From: Roseovarius sp.
GTDB lineage: Bacteria > Pseudomonadota > Alphaproteobacteria > Rhodobacterales > Rhodobacteraceae
Assembly (NCBI RefSeq): GCF_048264965.1
Contig: NZ_JBLXCN010000013.1
Reading direction: 5' to 3' (one strand)
DNA: 64,000 bases
Part shown: positions 1 to 9,484 of the stretch, one piece after another
Layout: each line of letters opens with the position of its first letter
Position numbering within the stretch: position 1 is the first letter of the stretch
The notes under the pieces: model-generated
Seen by the model: the letters and a program-made list of their open reading frames with translations, nothing else
Told to the model about the DNA's origin: nothing
The model's database searches: none
Program-made: the position numbers and the translations under genes

Positions 1-32
1 CATTGCGGGCTAAAATCCCGTGCCCAAATGCC

Positions 33-58
33 AACGGCCCGCCAATGAGCGGGCCGTT
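33..58. terminator. Stem-loop just downstream of the autotransporter gene, probable terminator
   Basis: Perfect 10-bp inverted repeat AACGGCCCGC-caatga-GCGGGCCGTT, 24 nt past the stop; weak U-tail. Confidence 0.55.
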
Positions 59-81
59 GTGGACGCTGCTTTGCGGTCGGT

Positions 82-2823
82 TTAAAAAGCCAGGTCAAGC
101 CCGAGGCTCAGGCCCCAGCTGGTGAAATCGGACTCGCCGATCCCATCCGCAAAGACTGAGCTGTTGATGCGCAGGTTCCGCCCGTTCGAATAGTCGCCGC
201 CGATCTCGACCCGCCCCCGGCCACCCTCAGTCAACTCTTTTGAGGTGCTGCCGGTTTCAACGTCAAACGTCCAGATCGCCGAGGTGCTGACGCGCGATGT
301 GAACGTCCCACCGTTTGCCAGACCAAACGTCCGCGACATCGTTGGCGTTATCTCGAATGAGCCGAACGACGTGACCACCGAGGGGATCGCGACGCTCAGG
401 CTGTCGACATACGGATCAGACGTTTCCTCGTACCACGACAGACGCGCCTCGGGCGAAAACACTATGTCGCCAACCTGATAGTCGCCAACAAGCGCCGCCG
501 TGGCCAGCCACCGCTCGGAATCGTAGCTGTCGGTGTAGGTCCCGAAGGGCGAGACGCGGTTGTCCGATTCCCCCCATGCCGCGCGCGCGTCGAAGAACAG
601 GTTCTCCTTCAGGCGCGCCGTCATGTAGGGCCCGAACATGAAACCCTTGCCCGAGATGCCATCCTGCACACCGTTGAGCGAGGTGTCGTCATACTGCATG
701 CCGAGCCCCATCAGAAGGTTGCGGTTGAAGAGGTAATCGACGCCCGTATGCACGATGGTAAAGCTGCCATCGCGATCGCCCGATCTAATGTTGGCGTAGC
801 TGCCTTCGATCCAGAACTCCCACGGGCTCTGGGACATTAGCGAGTTGCCACCATCCACGTGTGCCGCACTCTCAGGTGTTACGAAATACGCCTTGGGCAT
901 ATCCGCAAGCAAGACCGTTTCCTGCGTGCCATTGGCTTGCGTCATGATCTCATTGCCGATGGTTGTGCCGCCGTCGTCTGAGTCCGCATCACCGTGGCCA
1001 GTGACAGTACCGGAAGAGCTGACGACGGCCTTGGGCAATTCGGTTGGTCGAATTGTCAGGTTGCCCGCCCCACCAGAAGTTTCGCGCGTCGAGAAGGAAA
1101 AGCTGCCACTATCCTCGCCAATATCTATGGTTACAGGCAACGATCTGCTTGAAACGCTTACGCCGAACATCGAAACGCCGCCGCGGCTGTTTTTCTGACG
1201 GTTCAGACGCCCGATCCGGCGGGTGTTCTTGGGAGCGCCCTGCAAGATCAGCTGGCCGCGAACCTCTTGGAATTCACTGATGAGCGCCGTTGTGCTTCCC
1301 CCCGAGTCCACTGCTGTCAGAGTACAGGTAACGACTTCTCCGGAATCAACGTTCAGCGCGCCGGTCAGCGTCGCCGGGTCAATCGTGCTGTCGGCGTCAT
1401 TACAGGCAGCATTGGTCAGGGCAAAACTCGCCGGAACCGCAAAGGCGATGCTATAAGGGCCGCCGACGCCGATATTAAGCCCGCCCGTACTTCCCGAACC
1501 ACCGGATGTCACGATTGCCGTGTTCAGTTCAGGCTCGGGTGACGACACATTGAAGGTCCCATCCATCTGCGTGTTGACGTTGATGATCACCTGACCACGC
1601 TGGAGCACCTCGACACGCAGGTCCCGCTCGACAAAATTCCCCGTCCCGTCTTCGGCACGGTAAGTCACCGTAGTGACGCCCAGCGGGAATGACGACCCGT
1701 TGCCCAGCCCGGCAGTCGGGCTGGAGGTCGAGCTTACGTTCACAGAGCCGGAGTTGTCGTCGACCGTCGGCTCGGTCCAGTTAACAACCGCCGAGGTATC
1801 GGCCACATCCACATGAACCGTGATATCCGCCGGGAACGTGCTGAATACGGGCTGCTCGCTGTCAACCACGGTTACCGTAAAGGTCTGTTCCGAGACATTC
1901 CCCGCAATATCCGTGGCGGTAACAGTTACGACCGTTTGTCCAATCGCGAACCGGCTGCCCGAGGCAGGCGACACCACCAGTGACGCAATCCCCGAATTGT
2001 CGGTTGCAGTCAGCGCTGGCCATGTAACCGCGGCATCCGGCTGGCCAGCTTCAGTGTTCACCGTGATGTTACTAGGCACGTTTGCCAGAGTTGGGTCCGT
2101 CGTATCCTGAACCGTAAAGGACGTCGTTACCGGGGCGGAATCCAGTGACCCGTCGTTGACGGTCAGTTCGTATGTATAGGTGTTCTGCCCATCCGTGCGC
2201 CACGCAGGCGCAGTGATGTTGAATGACGCTGCCGTGGAACTGGACGGGGACGTGGCCGGGCCACCGGTTTGCACCCAGCTATAGGTAAGTGGATCTACAT
2301 CAGGATCAGACGAGCCGGTTCCATCCAGTGTAACTACTGCGCCTGCCTCAACCGGGTCAGGCGTTGCGTTAGGCGCGGCGGTAGGTGCCGTGTTGGTCAC
2401 CGGTGCCACATAGCTTGCCGTCATTGTGGGGTTGCTACCGTTTATGAGGTAGGTATTACCATTGTTGGTAGCTGTGGCGACTTCAACCACAAGTGCCCCA
2501 GAGCTAATGTCACCTGCCTGAACGGTATATATTCCGGAACATGTAATGTTTGTATTTGTGGTCCCCCTGACCGGCGAACATGAATATGTGACACCGATAC
2601 TCGACGTCACGGACGGAGAGGAAACCACTTCGTTTCCTGTGTTCATAACGACGGTGAAGGTCAGCGTCTCGCCCGCAGTGTTATAAGTGGTCGGAGAAAC
2701 CGTAGCACTCGTGACTTCCTGAGCCTGCACGGCACCAGCGATGCCCATTGCAGGCAGGAACGCCCATCCCCATACACTTTTTCGGCAAACTGCCCACAAT
2801 GCTGAAAACTTGGAAAGTTTCAT
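82..2823 (-). CDS. Type Va autotransporter / adhesin: signal peptide, DUF11-like Ig domain, PKD-like domain, 2 HYR domains, prealbumin-like domain, C-terminal beta-barrel
   Basis: Signal ending AVQA; PKD-like 'VTLDGTGSSDPDVDPLTYSWVQTGGP'; two HYR-type repeats (DTTDPTL...ATDIAGNVSEQTFTVTVVD; SEQPVF...AEDGTGNF); barrel region with alternating aromatic residues and terminal Phe (LGLDLAF). Confidence 0.85.
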   Translation of the reverse strand: MKLSKFSALWAVCRKSVWGWAFLPAMGIAGAVQAQEVTSATVSPTTYNTAGETLTFTVVMNTGNEVVSSPSVTSSIGVTYSCSPVRGTTNTNITCSGIYTVQAGDISSGALVVEVATATNNGNTYLINGSNPTMTASYVAPVTNTAPTAAPNATPDPVEAGAVVTLDGTGSSDPDVDPLTYSWVQTGGPATSPSSSTAASFNITAPAWRTDGQNTYTYELTVNDGSLDSAPVTTSFTVQDTTDPTLANVPSNITVNTEAGQPDAAVTWPALTATDNSGIASLVVSPASGSRFAIGQTVVTVTATDIAGNVSEQTFTVTVVDSEQPVFSTFPADITVHVDVADTSAVVNWTEPTVDDNSGSVNVSSTSSPTAGLGNGSSFPLGVTTVTYRAEDGTGNFVERDLRVEVLQRGQVIINVNTQMDGTFNVSSPEPELNTAIVTSGGSGSTGGLNIGVGGPYSIAFAVPASFALTNAACNDADSTIDPATLTGALNVDSGEVVTCTLTAVDSGGSTTALISEFQEVRGQLILQGAPKNTRRIGRLNRQKNSRGGVSMFGVSVSSRSLPVTIDIGEDSGSFSFSTRETSGGAGNLTIRPTELPKAVVSSSGTVTGHGDADSDDGGTTIGNEIMTQANGTQETVLLADMPKAYFVTPESAAHVDGGNSLMSQSPWEFWIEGSYANIRSGDRDGSFTIVHTGVDYLFNRNLLMGLGMQYDDTSLNGVQDGISGKGFMFGPYMTARLKENLFFDARAAWGESDNRVSPFGTYTDSYDSERWLATAALVGDYQVGDIVFSPEARLSWYEETSDPYVDSLSVAIPSVVTSFGSFEITPTMSRTFGLANGGTFTSRVSTSAIWTFDVETGSTSKELTEGGRGRVEIGGDYSNGRNLRINSSVFADGIGESDFTSWGLSLGLDLAF

Positions 2824-3210
2824 CCTGAAATACCTTTTTTCTTTAGACCGGCGTCCCCCCGGTCTGCCGCTCGAATACTTGCCCTCGACCGCCCATCGGC
2901 AAACGCTTTAATCGGTTGCAGATGCCAGCCCCAACAACCGGCATACGTTTATCTGCAGGTCTTGCTTGTCGTCATCATCACAAAACGGTTCCAAATCCGA
3001 CCTAAACACTTGCTTCATATCCGGTTTTTCTGTGCTGGCCCATTATTTTTTTCAGTCTCCGCAAAGCTGTGACGCCTACATCACAGTCGCCGCCAGGCCT
3101 TGTGGCGAGCTGTCGCACGACAGGGTCCTTTTCACTTCCGCTGGCCACTGCCAAGACATGGCCGCAGGGCGGCTGGCAGAGAACGGGCGTTCGGGTAATA
3201 TGGCGCCATC

Positions 3211-4464
3211 ATGCCAAGCCTTTGCCGCGATTGCCTTGACCGATTCGAAATCGCCCCGCGCTGCCCTACTTGCGGCAGCCCGCGGGTGATTTCACATGAC
3301 GAACTGTTTAAGCTGTCGATTGCCCATATGGATTGCGACGCCTTCTATGCCAGCGTCGAAAAGCGCGACAATCCCGAGCTGGCGGACAAGCCGCTTATCA
3401 TTGGCGGCGGGCGGCGCGGCGTGGTGTCGACCGCCTGTTACATCGCGCGGATTCGCGGTGTACGATCGGCGATGCCAATGTTTCAGGCGCTCAAGCTTTG
3501 CCCCGAAGCGGTAGTGATCAAGCCGCGCATGCAGGTCTATGCCGATGTCTCGCGCCAGATCCGCGCGATGATGCAGGCGTTGACCCCGGCGATCGAGCCC
3601 CTGTCGCTGGACGAGGCCTTTCTTGATCTCACCGGCACCGAGCGGCTTCATGGGGCACCACCGGCCGTGATGCTGGCGCGACTGGTGCGCCAGATGCGCC
3701 GCGACCTTGGCCTGACCGGATCAATCGGGCTGAGCCATAACAAGTTCCTGGCCAAGATCGCCTCTGATCTCGACAAGCCACAGGGCTTTTCGGTGATCGG
3801 GGTGGACGAAACCGCCGGTTTTCTGCGCGACAAACCCGTGAGCCTTATCTGGGGCGTCGGGCAAAGCACGCGCACCGCGTTGAACGCGGCGGGCATCCGC
3901 ACCTTTGCCGACCTTCTGCGGTGGGAGCGCGAAGACCTGACGGCACGGTTCGGGGCCATGGGCGGGCGGCTCTGGCACCTTGCGCGCGGGCGTGATGCAC
4001 GGCGTGTCTCGGCGCATGAACCGGTCAAATCCATCTCGAATGAAACCACGTTTTCCGAGGACACCAAGGATGCGGATATTCTTGACGGGCATTTGTGGCG
4101 ACTGTCGGAAAAGGTGGCGGATCGCGCCAAGGCAAAACAGATCGCCGGGCGGATCGTGACCCTCAAACTCAAGCGCGGCGATCATTCGCTGATCACCCGC
4201 AGGCAGACGCTTCGCGATGCGACCCAGCTTGCCGATACGCTCTACCGGACTGCCCGCGCGCTGATGGACCAGATGCCCAAGGGGGCCGCATACCGGCTTA
4301 TCGGGGTGGGCCTGTCGGAGTTGGGACCAGAGGAAGGCGCGGATCGCTCGGGCGATCTTCTTGATCCGCAGGCGATTCAGCGCGGCAAGGCGGAAAAGGC
4401 CACCGATCTGATCCGCCAGAAATTTGGCCCCGATGCGATTCTCAAGGGGCGCGCCCTGCGCTAA
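3211..4464 (+). CDS. dinB: DNA polymerase IV (Y family) with N-terminal Zn-ribbon
   Basis: HMDCDAFYASVE and SLDEAFLD catalytic motifs; N-terminal CRDC...CPTC. Confidence 0.96.
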   Translation: MPSLCRDCLDRFEIAPRCPTCGSPRVISHDELFKLSIAHMDCDAFYASVEKRDNPELADKPLIIGGGRRGVVSTACYIARIRGVRSAMPMFQALKLCPEAVVIKPRMQVYADVSRQIRAMMQALTPAIEPLSLDEAFLDLTGTERLHGAPPAVMLARLVRQMRRDLGLTGSIGLSHNKFLAKIASDLDKPQGFSVIGVDETAGFLRDKPVSLIWGVGQSTRTALNAAGIRTFADLLRWEREDLTARFGAMGGRLWHLARGRDARRVSAHEPVKSISNETTFSEDTKDADILDGHLWRLSEKVADRAKAKQIAGRIVTLKLKRGDHSLITRRQTLRDATQLADTLYRTARALMDQMPKGAAYRLIGVGLSELGPEEGADRSGDLLDPQAIQRGKAEKATDLIRQKFGPDAILKGRALR

Positions 4465-4466
4465 GG

Positions 4467-5330
4467 CTATTCGGCGGCCAAAGGCTTGGCCAACGGGCGG
4501 CCAATATCGGCAATCTCGCGGATCACACCACGCAGCAGGGCCCGGAAAGCATCGAAATGGCCATTCGGGCGGATCAGTTGCTCGTTCATGTAAAGCGCGC
4601 GGTCGATCTCGACCTGAATCGCATGACGTCCCCGCATGGGGCGGCCATATGCCTGGGTGATATAGGCCCCGGCAAAGGGCGTGTTGCGTGTCACCACCAG
4701 GCCGGCGCGCTGAAAGGCGGCCTCAATCTGATCGACGATGTCGCTGCTGGCGGAGGCGCCAAAGCGGTCGCCAAGCACCACCTCGGGGCGGCGCACACCG
4801 CGGCGCGCCACGGCATCCATCGCCTCGTGCGGCATCGAATGGCAATCCACAAGGATCGCCTGTCCGAACATCAGGAAAGCCTGATCCAACTGCCCGCCAA
4901 GCGCCGTATGGTAGGGCTTCCAGTAGGTGTCGATCCGGCGTCTGGCCTCGGCCAGAGACAGCTTGCCGGTATAGATCGCCTGACCATTGGCCACCACCCG
5001 CGGAATCACCCCAAGACCAGAGGCGACGCGTGGATTATGGCCGACCTTGCTCACGCCCTCGATCAGGGCCGGGTCAAGTTCGTCCTCGCTTCGGTTGAGA
5101 TCGACATAGGCGCGCGGCGCACCGGCCTTGATGAAGGGCGCGCCGACCTCGGGGGCGCATTCGAACAACTGATCGACAAAGGCATCCTCGGACGAGCGCA
5201 CGGAATGCTCGTTAAGCGTGGTGCGGCGCAGGAAAGTCCACGGATAATCGCGCCCGCTATGGGGCGAGGCGAACACCACGGATGTGGTGCGCCGTTCAGG
5301 ATATGTCAGGTGATAGGCGACCTTTGGCAT
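4467..5330 (-). CDS. N-formylglutamate amidohydrolase family protein
   Basis: FASPHSGRDYP, SEDAFVD, RAYVDLNR, DCHSMP, QVEIDRALY motifs. Confidence 0.9.
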   Translation of the reverse strand: MPKVAYHLTYPERRTTSVVFASPHSGRDYPWTFLRRTTLNEHSVRSSEDAFVDQLFECAPEVGAPFIKAGAPRAYVDLNRSEDELDPALIEGVSKVGHNPRVASGLGVIPRVVANGQAIYTGKLSLAEARRRIDTYWKPYHTALGGQLDQAFLMFGQAILVDCHSMPHEAMDAVARRGVRRPEVVLGDRFGASASSDIVDQIEAAFQRAGLVVTRNTPFAGAYITQAYGRPMRGRHAIQVEIDRALYMNEQLIRPNGHFDAFRALLRGVIREIADIGRPLAKPLAAE

Positions 5331-5382
5331 GACCTCTCCTTGTGAAACCCATAATAGAGTGAAATTGAGGTTCTAAAAGCCC

Positions 5383-5411
5383 TTGATCCCTCTTCCGACT
5401 CCTTTTATAGA
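5383..5411 (+). promoter_or_regulatory. Sigma70 promoter for tRNA-Val/rpmJ
   Basis: TTGATC-17 nt-TATAGA followed by a GC-rich discriminator. Confidence 0.65.
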
Positions 5412-5476
5412 CCAGCGAACCGGCGCGGACTCCCGCGCCCCTTTTGTTGGGGGGCTGGGGCCAGATCGGTATTCAT

Positions 5477-5551
5477 GGGCGATTAGCTCAGTGGTAGAGC
5501 ACTTCGTTGACATCGAAGGGGTCACAAGTTCGAACCTTGTATCGCCCACCA
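5477..5551 (+). tRNA. tRNA-Val (GAC)
   Basis: GGGCGAT acceptor stem, TAGCTCAGTGGTAGAGC D-arm, CTTCG-TTGACAT-CGAAG anticodon arm, GTTCGAAC T-loop, encoded CCA. Confidence 0.98.
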
Positions 5552-5629
5552 TGAATTCACTGTTCTGCATGACGCAGGACGCCCGCAACCAAGGCGCTGG
5601 CCCGCGCCGCGACAACTGAGGAGACGACC

Positions 5630-5755
5630 ATGAAGGTTCGTAATTCGCTCCGCTCGCTCAAGAAACGGCATCGCGACTGCCGTGTCGTGCGCCGCAAAGG
5701 CCGCGTCTACGTCATCAACAAGACGCAGCCCCGGTTCAAAGCCCGTCAGGGCTAA
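5630..5755 (+). CDS. rpmJ: 50S ribosomal protein L36, type B (Zn-ribbon-less); absent from the supplied ORF track
   Basis: Manual translation [41 protein letters not shown]; GAGGAG RBS. Confidence 0.97.
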   Translation: MKVRNSLRSLKKRHRDCRVVRRKGRVYVINKTQPRFKARQG

Positions 5756-5787
5756 GCCTGCACCCACCTTTCCGGTGGAAGATTTCA

Positions 5788-5816
5788 GCCCCGCCTTTTT
5801 GGCGGGGTTTTCTTTT
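5788..5816 (+). terminator. Rho-independent terminator after rpmJ
   Basis: GCCCCGCC-ttttt-GGCGGGGT then TTTCTTTT. Confidence 0.85.
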
Positions 5817-5995
5817 GTGCGGGCATTTCGCGGGGGCGCCGGGCTGGGGCCGGCAAACCCCGTCGGAAAAGGGATCGGAGCAATGATTCCCGACCCATCC
5901 CGTTGATTTCCGCCGTTACCGGGCATCAGGCCACTTGCCGCGCTGCCTGCGCTGCGGTTAGGTGTCGTCAGGTCCATCTTTTGTCTGGCATCCCC

Positions 5996-7237
5996 ATGAG
6001 CACCCCACAAAAAATTATCGTCATCGGCGCCGGTATCTGCGGGCTGAGTTCTGCCATCTGGTTGCGCCGCGCGGGCCATGAGGTGACGCTTGTCGACAAG
6101 GACGCGCCCGGCGCGGGGGCGTCTTTTGGCAATGCGGGCCTGCTGGCGCAATGGGCGGTCGTGCCGGTCAACACGCCCGGCCTTATTACAACCGGGCTCA
6201 AGTACATCCTGAACCCGCGCTCGCCGCTTTTCGTGCAATGGTCGTATTTCCCGCGCCTCTTGCCCTGGCTGATGAAATTCGCAGCCAACGCAAATGATCG
6301 CGACACCCGCCGCATGGTGGCCGGGATTGTGCCGATAATCGGCGACAGCCTCGATCAGCACATCGCCCTGACCCGTGGCACCCGCGCCGCCAAATGGGTC
6401 ACCGCCAGCGACTTCAGCTATGCCTATGAGAGCCGCAAGGCATTTGACGCCGACGCCTATAGCTGGGCACTCAAGCGCGAGGCGGGCTATGTGCCCGAGG
6501 TGCTTGAAGGCGGTGCCGTGCAAGAGGCCGAACCGATCCTCGGCCCCGCGATCAAATGCCTCGCGACCCTCAAAAGCCATGGTCACATCCTTAACCCCGG
6601 TGCCTATATGGCCGATCTGGCACTTGTGCTTCAGGAAGAGGGCGGCACCTATCAACAGGCCGAGGTGCAGGACATCACCCTGGACAACGGTCGCATCACC
6701 GGGCTTGAGACAAGCCGTGGGCCGATGCCCTGCGACCGGGCGGTTCTGGCCGCCGGAATCTGGTCCAAGCCGCTGATGCAGAAACTTGGCCTCAAGGTAC
6801 CGCTGGAGGCCGAGCGTGGCTATCACCTGCACTTTACCGGGCCAAGCCAGATGCCCAACAACCCGATGATGATCGCCAGCGGCAAGTTTGCCGTCAACCC
6901 GATGGCGCACGGGCTGCGCTGTGCGGGAACGGTTGAACTGGGTGGGATCACGGCGGGACCGTCACGCGCGCCGCTCGACCTTATCCGGCGCGGCGCCGCG
7001 CGCGCCTTTCCCGAGATGCGCTATGACGGGGTCGAAGAATGGATGGGGTTTCGCCCCTCGACGCCCGACAGCCTGCCGCTTATTGGCGAGATCGGCCAGA
7101 CCGGCGTGCATGCGGCCTTTGGTCATCAGCATATCGGCCTGACCGCAGGGCCAAAGACCGGGCGCATCGTCGCCGACCTGATCAGCGGCAAACGCCCGAA
7201 CATTGACCTTGCACCCTATAGTGCCGACCGTTTCTAA
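5996..7237 (+). CDS. FAD-dependent D-amino acid dehydrogenase (DadA/DAO family)
   Basis: IVIGAGICG Rossmann motif, ASFGNAG, ERGYH, GFRPSTPDSLP, FGHQHIGLT; start placed at MSTPQK. Confidence 0.85.
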   Translation: MSTPQKIIVIGAGICGLSSAIWLRRAGHEVTLVDKDAPGAGASFGNAGLLAQWAVVPVNTPGLITTGLKYILNPRSPLFVQWSYFPRLLPWLMKFAANANDRDTRRMVAGIVPIIGDSLDQHIALTRGTRAAKWVTASDFSYAYESRKAFDADAYSWALKREAGYVPEVLEGGAVQEAEPILGPAIKCLATLKSHGHILNPGAYMADLALVLQEEGGTYQQAEVQDITLDNGRITGLETSRGPMPCDRAVLAAGIWSKPLMQKLGLKVPLEAERGYHLHFTGPSQMPNNPMMIASGKFAVNPMAHGLRCAGTVELGGITAGPSRAPLDLIRRGAARAFPEMRYDGVEEWMGFRPSTPDSLPLIGEIGQTGVHAAFGHQHIGLTAGPKTGRIVADLISGKRPNIDLAPYSADRF

Positions 7238-7245
7238 ACGCGCCG

Positions 7246-7274
7246 TCCGGGATTTATCGCCGAATAATCCCGGA
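7246..7274. terminator. Stem-loop between convergent genes
   Basis: TCCGGGATTTAT-cgccga-ATAATCCCGGA. Confidence 0.6.
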
Positions 7275-7279
7275 GCCGC

Positions 7280-8500
7280 TCAATCGTAGCTGCGCAGATC
7301 CTCGATGACCTTGCCGTCATTGGGCAGGCTACCCTTGGCGACGACCTCGATCCGGCCCTTGAGCTTGAGCGTTTCCGCCACGGCACTGGCGAAGACCTCG
7401 CCATCTGCGGCATCGGATTCGATCTTGACGGTCATCACATCCGCCTCGCCTTCGCGGCTGGCAATCACGCGGGCGCGTGCAATGTCCGCATGCCCGGCGA
7501 CAAGCGCCGCAACCTGTTCGGGGCGCACGAACATGCCCTTGATCTTGGTGGTTTGGTCGGCGCGCCCCATCCAGCCCTTGATGCGAATATTGGTACGCCC
7601 ACAGGGGCTTGCCCCCTCCATCACCGCGCTCAGATCGCCTGTCGCAAAACGGATCAGCGGGTAATCGGGGTTCAGCGTGGTCACCACGACCTCGCCCACC
7701 TCGCCGGGGGCGACCGGGTTACCGGTGCCGGGGGTCACGATTTCGACGATCACGCCTTCATCGACGATCATCCCTTCCTGCGCGGGGCTTTCATAGGCGA
7801 TATTACCCAAATCGGCGGTGGCATAGCATTGCAGACAGGCAATGCCGCGATCGGCATATTCCGCACGCAGCGACGGGAAAAGCGCCCCGCCCCCAACCGC
7901 CGCCCGTGTGATCTTGAGCGACAAGCCAAGCGCGTCGGCCTTATCCAGAATCACCTTGAGGTAATCCGGCGTACCGGCATAGGCCGTGACCCCGACGTCA
8001 TGCGCCGCGCGCGCCTGAAGCTCGGTCTGCCCGGTGCCTGCGGGCAGTACGGCCGCCCCGACCGCGCGCGCGCCATTTTCAAAGATCATACCCGCCGGCG
8101 TCAGGTGATACCCGAAGCAGTTCTGCACGATATCGCCCCGCCCGACCCCGCAGGCATGCAGGAACCGGCCCATCCGCCACCAGTCATGCTCGGATCCACC
8201 GGGTTCGTAAATCGGTCCGGGCGATTGAAAAACATGAGCGAACCCATGGGCGGGCCGCGTCGTCAGCCCGCCAAACGGCATGGCATTTCCCTGCGCCTTG
8301 CCCAGATCGGATTTGCGCAGGACCGGCAACCGGGCCAGATCGGCAACCGTCGCAATCGCCGCCGCGTCCACATCACCTAGCGTCCCGCCATAGCCCGGCA
8401 AGGCCTGCGCCGCCGCAACCTGCGCTGGCAAGGCGCGCGATATCGCTTCTGCCCTCACCTCGGGGCTGCGCGTTTCAAGATCATCGAAATACTGGGTCAT
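7280..8500 (-). CDS. PaaK-like (phenylacetate-CoA ligase family) adenylate-forming protein with divergent motifs
   Basis: LPVLRKSDL, YAGTPDYL, YPLIRFATGDL, GWMGRADQ; AAGGA RBS 7-8 nt before MTQYF (alternative ATG at 8506). Confidence 0.8.
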   Translation of the reverse strand: MTQYFDDLETRSPEVRAEAISRALPAQVAAAQALPGYGGTLGDVDAAAIATVADLARLPVLRKSDLGKAQGNAMPFGGLTTRPAHGFAHVFQSPGPIYEPGGSEHDWWRMGRFLHACGVGRGDIVQNCFGYHLTPAGMIFENGARAVGAAVLPAGTGQTELQARAAHDVGVTAYAGTPDYLKVILDKADALGLSLKITRAAVGGGALFPSLRAEYADRGIACLQCYATADLGNIAYESPAQEGMIVDEGVIVEIVTPGTGNPVAPGEVGEVVVTTLNPDYPLIRFATGDLSAVMEGASPCGRTNIRIKGWMGRADQTTKIKGMFVRPEQVAALVAGHADIARARVIASREGEADVMTVKIESDAADGEVFASAVAETLKLKGRIEVVAKGSLPNDGKVIEDLRSYD

Positions 8501-8631
8501 AGTCATATCCTTTGTCCGCCGCCTTACGTTGCGACAGCTTGACCAATTGATTGGAAAGGCCTCTTGGGCGAAGTTCCGCATACCACTGCATACAAATAAT
8601 GCGATGGCGCATGAGTTCCGAGGACCCGACC

Positions 8632-9480
8632 ATGAGTAAAGCGCAGATGTCTACCGCACCCGATCTGGTCGAAATTGATTCCCGGATCAGATTTGACGAT
8701 ACGCTGCAAATCATGGAGGCCGATTTTTCCGACTTTCATTTTGACAGCAGCGAAGTGGTGAACCGCTTTTATGACCGCCTTGAACGGCGTATTGCCGACA
8801 GCGGCGAAGAGCTTTGGTTCTTTCTGGTCAATCTCAACGAAACCCGGATCGACCCGGTCGCCTGGACCGCCTATTCGCGGCGCGGCAAGGCGCTGAACAT
8901 GGCGCATTCCATGGGGTCGGTCCGCTTTGACGCCTCTGACGTCACCCGCCGCCAGATCGAGCGTGCGGCCAATACCGAGGCCTTTGACCCGAACCTTTTC
9001 TCGGATCGCGATGCCGCCATTGCACGTATCAGGGAGCTGCCCAGCAAACGCCGCAAGCGGCTGATCCACGCGCCCAACCACACCCTGGCCGATTTTCTCG
9101 GCCGCCTGTCGTTCGACCCCGAAACCGTGATTATGCATGTCGATTTTTCGCATTTCACCTTTCACCACAGCAGGGACGTCAACGACTTTTACGACTACAT
9201 CGAAGAGCGCATCAAAGAGAGAGATCGCAAATGGTTCTTTCTGGTGGACATGAACGGCTGTCAGATCATGCCCGCGGCCTGGATCCAATACGCCCACCGC
9301 GGCAAACGCCTTAACATCGCCGCCTCTCTGGGCTCGGTGCGCTATGCCGCCGGATCGGAAACCGAGGCCGACATTCGCCTTCGGGCGGAAAGCCAGGGCT
9401 TTCGCCCCAACATCTGCAACACCCGCGAAGAGGCGCTCGAGCTGATCGAGGCATTGAGAGCTGAGCTGACGCAAGGCTGA
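8632..9480 (+). CDS. Hypothetical protein of two tandem ~125-aa homologous domains (SpoIIAA/STAS-like fold suspected)
   Basis: GAGGA RBS before ATG 8632; clear internal duplication (DFSDFHF/DFSHFTF, NRFYD/NDFYD, WFFLV twice, RGKALN/RGKRLN, SMGSVRF/SLGSVRY). Confidence 0.75.
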   Translation: MSKAQMSTAPDLVEIDSRIRFDDTLQIMEADFSDFHFDSSEVVNRFYDRLERRIADSGEELWFFLVNLNETRIDPVAWTAYSRRGKALNMAHSMGSVRFDASDVTRRQIERAANTEAFDPNLFSDRDAAIARIRELPSKRRKRLIHAPNHTLADFLGRLSFDPETVIMHVDFSHFTFHHSRDVNDFYDYIEERIKERDRKWFFLVDMNGCQIMPAAWIQYAHRGKRLNIAASLGSVRYAAGSETEADIRLRAESQGFRPNICNTREEALELIEALRAELTQG

Positions 9481-9484
9481 TCTC

